Of a DNA stretch of 64,000 nt, positions 48,460-58,481 are shown in pieces (position 1 is the stretch's first letter; every line of letters starts with the position of its first letter). The notes under the pieces are model-generated. The model saw only the letters and a program-made list of their open reading frames with translations. It had not been told where the DNA came from and did no database searches. Position numbers and translations under genes: made by a program. The stretch is from Nannocystis bainbridge (GTDB lineage Bacteria; Myxococcota_A; Polyangia; Nannocystales; Nannocystaceae), in the NCBI RefSeq assembly GCF_028368995.1, contig NZ_JAQNDL010000001.1:2848001-2912000 (forward strand), read 5' to 3'.

Positions 48460-50298
48460 GTGCCGCCCGACGAACTCGTCTCCGCCGGTCTCGCCCACGC
48501 CCGGCGGTGGGCCCTGCTCGCGGCGCTGCTCGGCTTCGCGGCCGGCTGGACCGCGTGGGCCCTGCTGCGCGGCGATCCAGCCGCGCTCGTCGCCGGCGAC
48601 CTCGACCCCGCGCAGCGGCTCGCCGCGCTCCGTGCCGGCCTCGCAGGCCTGGTCGTCCTGCCCGTCGTCTACTTCTTCGCCGCGCGGCGGCTGCAGCGAC
48701 CGCTCGCCGAGCTCGCCGTCACCTGGAATCATCGCCTCCTCCTCCTCGCCGGCGCGCCCGCCTGCGTCCTCCTCGCCGCGCCTGGCCTCGCCGAGCGGCG
48801 TGGCTTCGTCCCGCTCGCCGTCAGCCTCGGCCTCGGCCTGCTCGCCGCCGCCACCGCGTCCGGCTGGCGCGACGTGCTCGCCCGTCAGCCTGCGCGTCCG
48901 CGCCTCACCGCCGGCCTCTTGTTCGCGCTCGGCCTCGCCGTCGCCGCCCTGCTCGTCCACCTCGGCGTCGTCCGTCATCACGCCCTCGTCAGCAACATCC
49001 ACGACCTGGGCATCTTCGAGAACGTGCTGTGGCGCTCGCTCCACGGCGACCTGCTGGCCACCAGCCTGTTCCCCGGCGACACCTTCAACGGGCAACACTT
49101 CGCCCCGCTGTTGCTCGCGCTGGTCCCGTTCTACGCCCTGAGCCCGCGCGCCGAGACCCTGATCGCCCTGCAGGTGGTGTGGCTGTGCTCGGCCGCGATC
49201 CCCCTGTATCTGTTCTCGCGCCGGCGCAGCGGCAGCCTCGCGCTCGGGTTCGCCGTCACCCTCGCCTTCCTCGTCTCGCCGCTGGTCCACGCCAACGCGC
49301 TGTGGGATTTTCATGACCTCACGCTCGCCGTGCCGCTGGTGCTGTGGGCACTGTGGGCCCACGACGGCGATCGCCGGCTCGGCCTCGCCCTGGCCGTGGG
49401 CGCCCTCCTGCTCGCGCGCGAGGAGATGGGCCTCGTGGTCGCCGCGCTCGGCCTGTTCGTCGCGCTCGACGGCCGCCCGCGCCGCGGCCTCGTCCTGCTC
49501 GCGCTCGGGCTCATGTGGTTCATCCTCGTCGCCCGCGTGTTCGCGCCCGGCACCGGCGTCGGCGCCCACGCCGACGGCTTGCGCGGCAACCTGGCCGAAG
49601 CGACAGGTTATGGCGACCTCGCGCTCGCCCTGCTCGCCAACCCGCTGCGGCTCCCGCTCGAGCTGCTGCGGCCCGACAAGTTCGGCTACCTGCTGTGCCT
49701 CGGCGTCCCGCTGCTGCTGTTGCCCGCGCTCGCCGGTCGCCTGCTCGTGCTGCTGCTCCCGGCCGCCGCGATCTTCGTGCTCAGCGGCAACCAGTACGTC
49801 GCCGATCCGTACTTCCACTACACGAGCTTCTTCTTGCCCGCGGTGTTCGCCGCCGCTCCTGTCGGCGCGCTCCACCTGCAACGATGGCTCGGCGGTCCGC
49901 GAATGCACGAGCTGGCCGCCGGCATCGTCGTCGCCGCGCTCGCGTTCGGCTGGTCGTTCGGCCTGCCCGGCGGCAGCTTCCGCGCCGGCTTCCACCCGGT
50001 CCCGACCGCGCTCACCGAGGCCGAGCGCGAGCGCCACGCCTGGCTCGCCGGCCTGGCCCGCGACCTGCCCGCCGACGCGTGTGTCGCCGCCACCGGCGAC
50101 GTCGGCGCTCACCTGGCCGGCCGCCGCTGCTTCGCGTGGTTCCCGGCCCGCCTCGACGTCGACTACCTCGTCCTCCACCGCGAGGACATCAACGCCAAGC
50201 ACATGCCCCTGCTCCGCAACCTCCGCGCCGAGCAGCGCTTCCGCACCTTCGACGAGCAGCACAAGATCCTGGTGCTGCAGCGCAACCCGGACAAGTAA
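48460..50298 (+). CDS. DUF2079 family integral membrane protein (GT-C-like)
   Basis: DLGIFENVLW, HFAPLL, ETLIALQ, DFH, REE and HY motifs; many TM helices. Confidence 0.85.
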   Translation: MPPDELVSAGLAHARRWALLAALLGFAAGWTAWALLRGDPAALVAGDLDPAQRLAALRAGLAGLVVLPVVYFFAARRLQRPLAELAVTWNHRLLLLAGAPACVLLAAPGLAERRGFVPLAVSLGLGLLAAATASGWRDVLARQPARPRLTAGLLFALGLAVAALLVHLGVVRHHALVSNIHDLGIFENVLWRSLHGDLLATSLFPGDTFNGQHFAPLLLALVPFYALSPRAETLIALQVVWLCSAAIPLYLFSRRRSGSLALGFAVTLAFLVSPLVHANALWDFHDLTLAVPLVLWALWAHDGDRRLGLALAVGALLLAREEMGLVVAALGLFVALDGRPRRGLVLLALGLMWFILVARVFAPGTGVGAHADGLRGNLAEATGYGDLALALLANPLRLPLELLRPDKFGYLLCLGVPLLLLPALAGRLLVLLLPAAAIFVLSGNQYVADPYFHYTSFFLPAVFAAAPVGALHLQRWLGGPRMHELAAGIVVAALAFGWSFGLPGGSFRAGFHPVPTALTEAERERHAWLAGLARDLPADACVAATGDVGAHLAGRRCFAWFPARLDVDYLVLHREDINAKHMPLLRNLRAEQRFRTFDEQHKILVLQRNPDK

Positions 50299-50305
50299 TC
50301 CAAAT

Positions 50306-50357
50306 GGACATGTCCCATAGGACATTCTCGAAAGAGCATGTTCTTTTGAACATGTCC
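50306..50357. repeat. 14-bp-period decamer array (4 units)
   Basis: ggacatgtcc-cata-ggacattctc-gaaa-gagcatgttc-tttt-gaacatgtcc. Confidence 0.9.
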
Positions 50358-50519
50358 ATTCATTCCTATTTTCGCATCCATCACCCCGACGCCCCCGCCT
50401 GAGACTCGCTGTCCGACCGTGGCGCCTCGCTCGCCGGCGCGCGGCCGCGCTCGCACGTTTTACACAGCCTTGACCGTCGCCGCTTCCGTCCGCCGGTACA
50501 CCCGACGTCGGAGACAGCG

Positions 50520-51977
50520 ATGCCCACTCGCGGACCTATCTGGTGCACCTTGTTCCTCGCTCTCGGCGTACCCGCGCCCGACGCCGGCGCCAGCGTCTCA
50601 CCACCTGTCCTCGAGGACAGATATTCCACCACGCAAGCCCCTGGCCCGCTCGCAACGACGAACGCGGCGGTCCTCGAGCACACCCTCGGTCAGGCGCGTG
50701 GCCTCGCCGCGCTCGCGCGCCTGGCCGTCGCTGACGACGAAGGCATCGCCCAGGCCGCCCGCGCCCGCCTGCGCGCCCGCGGGCCCGAGGGCCTCCGCGC
50801 CTTCGAGCGCGCCCACGAGCCGGCCCTGACCGCCGCCCTCGACGCTCTCCTCGCGGCCGCCGAGGCTCCCATGGATCGCCGCGATCCGGCCGGCCTCCGC
50901 GATCCCGCTCGCGCTCGCCTGCTCGACGCCCTCGACCAACTATGCGGCCAGCGCGACTGTCTGGCGTCGCGCCTCTACTGGCACACCGACCTCGACGAAG
51001 CTGTGCGAACGTCCAGGCGCGAGGGCAAGCCCGTCCTCTCGCTGCGCCTGCTCGGCGACCTGCGCGACGAGCTGAGCTGCGCCAACAGCCGCTTCTTCCG
51101 CGCCCTGCTCTACCCCGACCCAGCAGTGCGCGCCCTCCTGCGCGACCGCTTCGTGCTCCACTGGAGCAGCGAACGGCCCGCCCCGAAGATCACCATCGAC
51201 CTCGGCGACGGCCGCCAGGTCGTCACCACCATCACCGGCAACAGCGCCCACTTCGTGCTCGACGCCGCCGGCCGTCCGGTCGACGTCGTGCCCGGCCTCC
51301 ACGCGCCCGCCGAATTCCTGGCCGCCCTGCAGCGCGCCGAGGCCCTCGCGCGTCGCACCGCCATCCTCGCAGGTCCGGCCCTGCGCGACGCGCTCGCCGC
51401 TCATCACGAGGCCCGGGCGCGCGACCTCGACGCGTCGTTCGCCCTCATGGTGGGCTCCGCCGGGCGACGCCCGCTGCCCCGCGGAGCTCGCCCCGGCCCC
51501 GACCTCCCGCGCGCCGGACAGGCCGCCCCGCTGGCGATCGGCAAGATGGACGTCGAGGCCCCGCTGCTGCGCGCCATCGGCGAGCCCGTCGACCCGCTCA
51601 CCTCGCGCTACGATCGGATCGCCGAGCTCGCCGCGCCCGCGATCGTCCTCTCGCGCGCGAGCCTCGGCCTGCTGCGCACGCAGCAGTGGCGCAGCGGCGA
51701 CGCCGTGCGCGACGCGGCCGACCTCACCGCGACGCTCGACGGCCTGCGCCGCACGCTCGCGCTCGACACCCTGCGCAACGAACAGGAGATCCACCGCGAG
51801 ATCCACGAATGGTGGGCCCGCGGGGCCGACGCGCCGCGCGACCTCTCGACCCTCGTCCGCCGCGTCTACGACGACCTGTTCTTGACCCCCGCCCGCGACC
51901 CCTGGCTCGGACTCGCCGACCCGAAGACCTACGGCGGCCTCGTCGGTGGCGGCCGGCGGACGCACGCGCACCTGTGA
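50520..51977 (+). CDS. Secreted protein with a thioredoxin-like domain
   Basis: Signal peptide; LYWHTDLDEA..GKPVLSLRLLG..SCANSRFFR..FVLHW. Confidence 0.75.
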   Translation: MPTRGPIWCTLFLALGVPAPDAGASVSPPVLEDRYSTTQAPGPLATTNAAVLEHTLGQARGLAALARLAVADDEGIAQAARARLRARGPEGLRAFERAHEPALTAALDALLAAAEAPMDRRDPAGLRDPARARLLDALDQLCGQRDCLASRLYWHTDLDEAVRTSRREGKPVLSLRLLGDLRDELSCANSRFFRALLYPDPAVRALLRDRFVLHWSSERPAPKITIDLGDGRQVVTTITGNSAHFVLDAAGRPVDVVPGLHAPAEFLAALQRAEALARRTAILAGPALRDALAAHHEARARDLDASFALMVGSAGRRPLPRGARPGPDLPRAGQAAPLAIGKMDVEAPLLRAIGEPVDPLTSRYDRIAELAAPAIVLSRASLGLLRTQQWRSGDAVRDAADLTATLDGLRRTLALDTLRNEQEIHREIHEWWARGADAPRDLSTLVRRVYDDLFLTPARDPWLGLADPKTYGGLVGGGRRTHAHL

Positions 51978-52092
51978 GCGCGCGCGGGCCCGCCCGCTCG
52001 CACCCGTGCCGACAATTCCTGCCCCGAGCCCAGCCGACTGTGTAACTCTCGGGCCCGGAGGCCGGGGGCGTGGGACCCGCGGGCTCGTGCGC

Positions 52093-52779
52093 ATGAGTGA
52101 TTTCCTCGTCGAAGCCGCCCGCAGCAGCCCCGCGATCGCCGCGAGCCTGAGCAAGCTCCGGCAGCGCGCCGAGGCTGCGATCCGCGACGCCGCGATCGCC
52201 GACACCGTGCTCGACGCCCGCGATTCGGCGCCGCACCCGACCGTCCCGCGCGGCTCGGACAGCGCGACGGTGATCCCGCGCGAGCACGCCCACTCGAACG
52301 CGATCGACGCCAACACACGCGACGCCCGGAGCTGGAGCGCCGACCTCCTGCGCGACGTCGCCGCGCCCGACGTGTTCGCCAGCAACCCGCTCGGCGAGCT
52401 CGAGCTGCTGGCCCTGCGCAGCGCCCAGGCCCTGCGGACCCAGGGCTCGCGCCTGCGGCAGTTCACCATCCTGGTCGCCGGCCTCGCCGCCGCCGTCGTC
52501 GGCGCCGGCCTCTACGCCGCCGTTCAGGGCGAGTACGGCCTCGCCGGCGGGCTCGTCCTCGGCGGCCTCGTCGTGCTCGCGCTCGTCATCGGCAAGTGGA
52601 ACCCGTTCCGCCGGGCCGCCCGCTCCGCCGAGCTCGCCGAGCTCGCCGACGCCACCGCCACCACCCTGCGCCTGCGCATGCGCGCCCTCGCCGAGCTCGG
52701 CGACAGCAAGACCCGCGCGCTCGAGCAGTGGAAGGTCGTCATCGAGATGACCGAGTCCGTCCGCCGCCGCCACGCGTAG
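52093..52779 (+). CDS. 2-TM hypothetical protein
   Basis: Two hydrophobic helices in the C-terminal half; host-like codon bias. Confidence 0.65.
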   Translation: MSDFLVEAARSSPAIAASLSKLRQRAEAAIRDAAIADTVLDARDSAPHPTVPRGSDSATVIPREHAHSNAIDANTRDARSWSADLLRDVAAPDVFASNPLGELELLALRSAQALRTQGSRLRQFTILVAGLAAAVVGAGLYAAVQGEYGLAGGLVLGGLVVLALVIGKWNPFRRAARSAELAELADATATTLRLRMRALAELGDSKTRALEQWKVVIEMTESVRRRHA

Positions 52780-52790
52780 AAGATACTTTG

Positions 52791-52828
52791 GGACATGTCG
52801 ATATCGACATGTCCTGAAAGACAGCCGC
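52791..52828. repeat. 14-bp-period decamer array (2-3 units)
   Basis: ggacatgtcg-atat-cgacatgtcc-tgaa-agacagccgc. Confidence 0.8.
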
Positions 52829-52841
52829 CTCAAACGCGCGA

Positions 52842-54551
52842 CTAGGTCGCCAGGCGGTGTGTCAATGCCACGAGCGCCTCCCGCACCGCCTGCACCTGCG
52901 ACGGGTCCTGCGCGTCGAGCACGGCACGGAAAGCCGCGATCCCCTCGCCGAGCTCCGACCGGGCCGGACCGGTCAGCTCCGCGTACAGCGCCATCGCCCG
53001 CGCCAGCGCCGTCGTATTGGGCAGCGCATCGCGCGGGTGGAACTTGAACCGCTGCATCTCCTGGCGTGCCCGCTCGATCTCCGCTGTCGAGAGCTTGACC
53101 GCGCTGCCGTGGAACAGCGTCGACACGCTGTTGGTAGTGCCGACCACCTCCGCGTCGACCTCGAGCAGCCCATTGAGATCGTAAGTGAAGCGGACATCGA
53201 TGAGCACCTCGCCGGCGGATCGCTTCGGGAGCCCCTTCACCTCGACGTGGCCGAGCAGCGTGTTCTTGCTGGCTTGCGGGTGCTCACCCTGGCATACGAG
53301 GAACGCGATCTCGGTCTGTCGATCGCGGACAGTGCTGTAGCGCTGGACCCGGCTGCAGGGGATCACCGTCCCGCGATCGATGATCGGCGAGAACACATCG
53401 GCCACCTCCGCTCCGCTATATCGGCTCGTCACGGCGGTGCCGAGCGTGAACGGGGTGATGTCGGTGACTACCAAATCGCCGAGAGCGGTGTCGCCAGCGA
53501 CGAGCCCGGACTGGACTGCGGCCCCCATCGCCACCGCCTCGTCGGCGGGCAACGTGCAGAGCGGCAGGCGGCCGAACATCCGCGCGGCCAGCCGTCGCAC
53601 ACACGGCATGCGCGTCGCGCCGCCGACCAGCAGCACCTCGTCGACCTGGGACGGATCGATCCGCGCGTCTCGCAGGGCACGAACGATCACCCGCCGCAGC
53701 CGCTCCAGCAGACCCTGCCACGCCTGCTCTGCGGTCACGAGCGTGATCTCCTCGCTCAGGGCCACCCGCTCTCGACCCACGCGCAGCTCGGGATGCGCGA
53801 CCTGGACGACCTCCATGCTCGACAGCCGGTGCTTGGCCGACTCGCACAGCTCGCGCATCAGGGACCACGCTCGGCGGTCGGTGCGGAGGTCGACCCCCCG
53901 CTCTCTCACCAATCGCTCCCGCACCAGTTCCGTCAACACTTCGAGGAAATCCTCGCCACCGAGACGCGCGTCCCCGGCCGACGCCTGGACCTCCATCACC
54001 CCCTCGATAATCTCGAGCACCGTGACATCGAAGGTCCCGCCGCCGAGGTCGAGCACCACCACGCGCTGCTCGCGGTCGGCCGCATGGAGCCCGTACGCCA
54101 GCGCCGCAGCCGTCGGCTCGTGTACCAGGCGCTCGACCTTGAATCCAGCGATCTGCCCCGCCTCGCGGGTCGCCGAGCGCTGAAGCTCGCCAAAGTACGC
54201 CGGGACCGTGATCACCGCCCGCTCCACCGGCTGCCCCAAGGCCGCCTCCGTGTCCTCTTTGAGGCTACGCAGCACCATTGCGGACAGCGCCTGCGGCGTG
54301 AACTCTCGCCCACCGATCGAGTATGTGCGCGACGTACCCATGTCGCGCTTGAACACCGCCGCCGTCGCTTCGGGGTGCGTGACGAGCCGCGCCCGTGCGG
54401 CCGCGCCGACGACCCAGCGTCCGTCATCGAGCAGGCTGACGGCGCTGGGCGTGAGCGTCTCGCCGAGCGAGTTGGCCAGCACGCACGGCCGACCATCCTG
54501 TAACGCGCAGACGAGCGAATAGGTGGTCCCGAGATCGATACCGACGATCAT
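52842..54551 (-). CDS. hscC: Hsp70 family chaperone, HscC-like
   Basis: MIVGIDLGTT, AVITVPAYF, EPTAAALAYG, DLGGGTFDV, VGGATRMP, RFTYDLNGLLEV, KFHPRD. Confidence 0.85.
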   Translation of the reverse strand: MIVGIDLGTTYSLVCALQDGRPCVLANSLGETLTPSAVSLLDDGRWVVGAAARARLVTHPEATAAVFKRDMGTSRTYSIGGREFTPQALSAMVLRSLKEDTEAALGQPVERAVITVPAYFGELQRSATREAGQIAGFKVERLVHEPTAAALAYGLHAADREQRVVVLDLGGGTFDVTVLEIIEGVMEVQASAGDARLGGEDFLEVLTELVRERLVRERGVDLRTDRRAWSLMRELCESAKHRLSSMEVVQVAHPELRVGRERVALSEEITLVTAEQAWQGLLERLRRVIVRALRDARIDPSQVDEVLLVGGATRMPCVRRLAARMFGRLPLCTLPADEAVAMGAAVQSGLVAGDTALGDLVVTDITPFTLGTAVTSRYSGAEVADVFSPIIDRGTVIPCSRVQRYSTVRDRQTEIAFLVCQGEHPQASKNTLLGHVEVKGLPKRSAGEVLIDVRFTYDLNGLLEVDAEVVGTTNSVSTLFHGSAVKLSTAEIERARQEMQRFKFHPRDALPNTTALARAMALYAELTGPARSELGEGIAAFRAVLDAQDPSQVQAVREALVALTHRLAT

Positions 54552-55477
54552 GCCGCCTCCACGATCGATCGCACCAGCCCGATCACGATCATGAGGACGC
54601 AGACGGCCACGGTGGCGTAGAGGTAGCGATCCTGCCATTTTTCGTGGATCCGCCACGACAGCTCGTGAAGCAGCGGGGCCCAGCGGCGGAGCAGGCTCAA
54701 ATTGACATCGGTGAGGAAAGGATGCGCGGTGAACACCTGCGCCAGGCCTCCAGGGCGCCGCTCGAGCAGAGCCTCCGCAAGCTCGGCCCGCAGCACCGCA
54801 GAGAACTCGTCCGGCAGCGACAGCAACTCGCAGCTGAAGATCCACCGTTCTGACTCGTCGGCGAGCATTTCGAGCGCGCGTTGCATCGGGAGCCACTGCA
54901 GGCTCCAAGCACCGATCCTCCGCGCCGCCGGCAGCTCGCCGCGCACCATCAGCATCAACTGCGCGTCGATCACCGGCGACACTCGGATGTCGGCGGCCTC
55001 GCCGAACGGCTCATCGCAGGCACGTTCGAGGAGCACCTCGACCAGGCCAGCACCTGCCTCGCTTGCCCCGCTGTCGATGAGCCGGAGCGCCACGGCGAGC
55101 AACCGCGACACCGGACGGCCCAGCGCGACCTCGGTCTCCTCGGCCTCGACGAGCAACGCATGATGTCGTCCGATCCACCCCCGCAGCGCCTCGTCGTGGG
55201 GCGAGCGGTGGGGTCCGGGCGACTGGCCCGACCGTGTCGCACCCGACGCTCGCGGCGGGCGAGGATTCCACCGCGGAGTAGCCGCCTCCGTCCCGGCGGA
55301 CAGCACCTCGAATGCACTGCGGACCCGCTGAAATTCCACGGCATCGCGCTCCGGCGAGGACCGGCGGATCGCTCGCAGATAGGCCCGCCGCACCACCTCC
55401 GCCCGCTTTTCGACCGGCAGCAGCTCGAGCTCTTCCTGCGTCAGGCCCAGGATCTTCAACGCATCTTCGGTCGTCAC
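54548..55477 (-). CDS. J-domain-like co-chaperone with a C-terminal TM anchor
   Basis: ALKILGL..VRRAYLRAIRRSSPERDAVEFQRVRSAFE; stop overlaps the Hsp70 start (ATGA). Confidence 0.7.
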   Translation of the reverse strand: MTTEDALKILGLTQEELELLPVEKRAEVVRRAYLRAIRRSSPERDAVEFQRVRSAFEVLSAGTEAATPRWNPRPPRASGATRSGQSPGPHRSPHDEALRGWIGRHHALLVEAEETEVALGRPVSRLLAVALRLIDSGASEAGAGLVEVLLERACDEPFGEAADIRVSPVIDAQLMLMVRGELPAARRIGAWSLQWLPMQRALEMLADESERWIFSCELLSLPDEFSAVLRAELAEALLERRPGGLAQVFTAHPFLTDVNLSLLRRWAPLLHELSWRIHEKWQDRYLYATVAVCVLMIVIGLVRSIVEAA

Positions 55478-55590
55478 TTCGTCACGCTGGCACGCCCGCG
55501 GCGTCGTCGTCAATCGGCTCGCCATTATGAACAATGTTTCGCGGCGACGCGCTCGACCGATCCTCGCCGTTATCCGCTATCGTGACCTGC

Positions 55591-56637
55591 ATGTCGCAAC
55601 CTCGCTCGCTCCTCGGCCTATTCGGTAGGCTCCTCGGCCTGTACGCACGGCGCCAGCCTCGACTGGCCCTATTCTCGGTCTTCATGCTCGTGGTATTTGC
55701 CGGCCTCGGCGGGCAGCGGTCCGCCGCGCCGTCGACTGCCTCGATCCAGCTCGCGGTGCTGGCGGAGGGCTTCGGCCTGCTCCACGGCGACGCGGGCGCG
55801 CGGCGCTTCGTCGAGTTCGCCCCCGACGGCACGCAGCGACGCGAACTGTCGCTCGACCTCGATGCTGACGCACGCTTGGTCGGCACACGCCTCGGCGCCG
55901 CTCTCGGCTGGAAAGACGGCAAAAAGGTTCGGCTGGCCGCGTTCGACGATCGCGGTCGATTGACGGATCCGTCGACGTGGGGCAAGTCAGTCCAGCGCCT
56001 GTGCGACGGCGCGGCCACCGGCGACGGCCGCTTCGCGGTCGGATGGATCGAGCAGGACGGCAAAGTGTGGTTCGTTCACGGCCCGATGGCACAGGCCATC
56101 GCCTTCGAGGCTCCGCATGCGGCCGACATCGAGCCTCTGCGGGCAGACTGGTGCGGCATCGCCTCGGCGGAGCACAACATCGCCCTGATGTGGAAGGGCA
56201 AGCATACCTACATCAATTTCTGCGGTCCGCGCGAATGCTCGAGTCTGGTCGCCCGAATCCAGATCGACGCACGTGAGCGTGTACTGAGCTTTGGTTGCCT
56301 GCGCGACAGCTGCCTCGTCGGCACACGGGATGATCGCGGCATCTCCCGCGTCCACCTCGTGACCCCGCTCGGCAAGATCGCGTGGAGCCGCACGCTCGCG
56401 CCCGGAGACGGCGGCGCTTTGACGATCGTCGGCGCTGGCGATCGCGCGTTCCTGGTCGCCGCCGCTGACGGCGACGGCTCCCAGGTCCTCCGCTTCGAAA
56501 CGACAGGAAAGAGCACACCGGTGTGGCAGCGCCGCGGCGCCTCGGTCCCGAGCCTCGCTTGGTCGCGTGGGCGTCTCGCCCTGGCGCACGCGGAGGCTGG
56601 CGGGGTCCGTAACGAGTTTGTCACGGTCCCCCGCTGA
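55591..56637 (+). CDS. Hypothetical exported beta-rich protein
   Basis: N-terminal hydrophobic helix, paired cysteines, atypical codon usage. Confidence 0.65.
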   Translation: MSQPRSLLGLFGRLLGLYARRQPRLALFSVFMLVVFAGLGGQRSAAPSTASIQLAVLAEGFGLLHGDAGARRFVEFAPDGTQRRELSLDLDADARLVGTRLGAALGWKDGKKVRLAAFDDRGRLTDPSTWGKSVQRLCDGAATGDGRFAVGWIEQDGKVWFVHGPMAQAIAFEAPHAADIEPLRADWCGIASAEHNIALMWKGKHTYINFCGPRECSSLVARIQIDARERVLSFGCLRDSCLVGTRDDRGISRVHLVTPLGKIAWSRTLAPGDGGALTIVGAGDRAFLVAAADGDGSQVLRFETTGKSTPVWQRRGASVPSLAWSRGRLALAHAEAGGVRNEFVTVPR

Positions 56638-56649
56638 AGCCTCCCGGGT

Positions 56650-57297
56650 TCAGCCCTGCACCGGCCTGAACTCCGGCCCGCGGAACACCTGCCTGGCGTT
56701 GCCGCGCTCGATCGCGTTGTGCTCATCCCAGCGGGCTCGTTCGGCCTCGCCGCGGCGGGCGGCCGCCCCGGCCAGCAGCAGGGCCGCCAGCCGCTCGCGG
56801 GCGATCCGGCGGTTCTGCCCCTGCGAGCGCTCCTCGCGGGCCACCACCTCGAGGCCCGACGGTTTGTGGCGCAGACGGACCGCCGTGCTGCGCTTGTTGA
56901 CGTTCTGCCCGCCCGAGCCGCCGCTGCGGACCGCCGACTCCTCGAGGTCCGCCTCGCGCAGCGTCGCCTCGACCTCCGCCTCGACCGGCAGGCGCGTCAG
57001 CTTGACGAACCAGTTGCGCCGGCGGTGCGTCGGCCGCAGCGGGCTGCGCCCGATCCACTGCGCCGTGCCCTCCCACTGCGACAGCAGCGTCGCGATGGCT
57101 GTCCCATCGGACATGTCCTCGAGTTCATACACCAGCGACCACGCCGTCTCGGCCGCCGGCCCGTCCGCGCGCTGCAGCTCCTCGCAGCCGAGGCCCGCCG
57201 CCGCCGCCGCCGCCACGAACACCGGCCCGAGGCGGTGGACCACCCACGCCAGCTCCGGCGGCCCGTGACCGCCGGAGATCAGGACCCACGCCTTCAT
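56650..57297 (-). CDS. prfH: Peptide chain release factor H
   Basis: [53 protein letters not shown]; 4-bp overlap with rtcB. Confidence 0.9.
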   Translation of the reverse strand: MKAWVLISGGHGPPELAWVVHRLGPVFVAAAAAAGLGCEELQRADGPAAETAWSLVYELEDMSDGTAIATLLSQWEGTAQWIGRSPLRPTHRRRNWFVKLTRLPVEAEVEATLREADLEESAVRSGGSGGQNVNKRSTAVRLRHKPSGLEVVAREERSQGQNRRIARERLAALLLAGAAARRGEAERARWDEHNAIERGNARQVFRGPEFRPVQG

Positions 57298-58481
57298 CGT
57301 CGGCTCCTCGTCTTGTAGGTCAGCACCGGGCGCAGCGTCGCCACCACGGTGCACAGGCCGGCCGCCACCAGGTCGCCGACGACCGTGTCGATCTTCTTGT
57401 ACGCCTCCGGCGCCTCCTCGTAGAGCAGCTCGCGGTCCTCGCAGATCACCCGCCCGCCGAGGGCCGTGCGCACCAGGTCGTCCGGGCGATAGCGGTCCTG
57501 CAGCCGCTCCTTGACGTCGCCGCGGCGCCACTTGCGACCTGCCCCATGGGCCAGGGACCAGCCGGCCTCTGCGCGGCTCGGGTCCGGCTTCACCACGTAG
57601 CTCAGCGCCCCGCGCGAGCCGGGGATCACCACGATCCCCGCCGTCGACGGCGCCGCGCCCTTGCGGTGCAGCCACCGCTGCGGCGCGCCGTCCGGGCACG
57701 GCACCACTGCGTTGTGGCACACGTCGAGCACCGGAGCGATCGCCGTGCCCAGCGCGTCGGCGAAGCGATGCGCGATCAGGGCCCGGTTGGCCCCCGCCCA
57801 CGCCACCGCGCCGTCGTGCGCCCGCAGGTACGCCTGCGCGTCCGCGCTCGCGCTGTCCAGCCCCGCCGCCGCGAACCGGTCGACGTGGGCGCGCAGGATC
57901 GACTCGCCGAGCCCGCGCGAACCACTATGGACCAGCAGCACCAGCGAGCCCGCCGCGATCCCGAGCGAAGCCCACGCCTCGGCGTCTTCGATCGCATCGA
58001 CCTGCTGCAGCTCCGCGAAGTGATTGCCGCCGCCGATGGTCCCGAGCGACCCGTCGTGGTCCGTCGCCGCGACTGTCCTTTCGGCCAGGAACGCCCGCGG
58101 ATCGCCCTCCCACGGCCCGTCGAGGTCGCCCAGGCGATCGGCCCAGCGCTCGAGCTTCTGCTTGCGCTGCGGCAGCTCCGTGCCCCACAGCGCCATCCCG
58201 CAGCCGATGTCGTTGCCCACCAGGTGCGGATAGATCCGCCCCTCGCTGACGAACGCCGCCCCGATCGGCGAACCCTTGCCCGGGTGGAGGTCGGGCATCC
58301 CGACCGCCGCGATCATGCCCGGCAGCGTCGCCGTCCGCTCGAGCTGTTGCACCGCCTCGCCCTCGATCCACGTCTTCGGCGACGCCACGATCCGCACCGC
58401 CGGCCTGTCTTGCGTATCCATCCCTGCACCTCCGCGTGGCGCCTGCCGCTCCGCGCTCTCGTCATCCTGCTTCGTCATCAT
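57294..58481 (-). CDS. rtcB: RtcB-family RNA ligase, PrfH-coupled type
   Basis: [67 protein letters not shown]. Confidence 0.92.
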   Translation of the reverse strand: MMTKQDDESAERQAPRGGAGMDTQDRPAVRIVASPKTWIEGEAVQQLERTATLPGMIAAVGMPDLHPGKGSPIGAAFVSEGRIYPHLVGNDIGCGMALWGTELPQRKQKLERWADRLGDLDGPWEGDPRAFLAERTVAATDHDGSLGTIGGGNHFAELQQVDAIEDAEAWASLGIAAGSLVLLVHSGSRGLGESILRAHVDRFAAAGLDSASADAQAYLRAHDGAVAWAGANRALIAHRFADALGTAIAPVLDVCHNAVVPCPDGAPQRWLHRKGAAPSTAGIVVIPGSRGALSYVVKPDPSRAEAGWSLAHGAGRKWRRGDVKERLQDRYRPDDLVRTALGGRVICEDRELLYEEAPEAYKKIDTVVGDLVAAGLCTVVATLRPVLTYKTRSRR

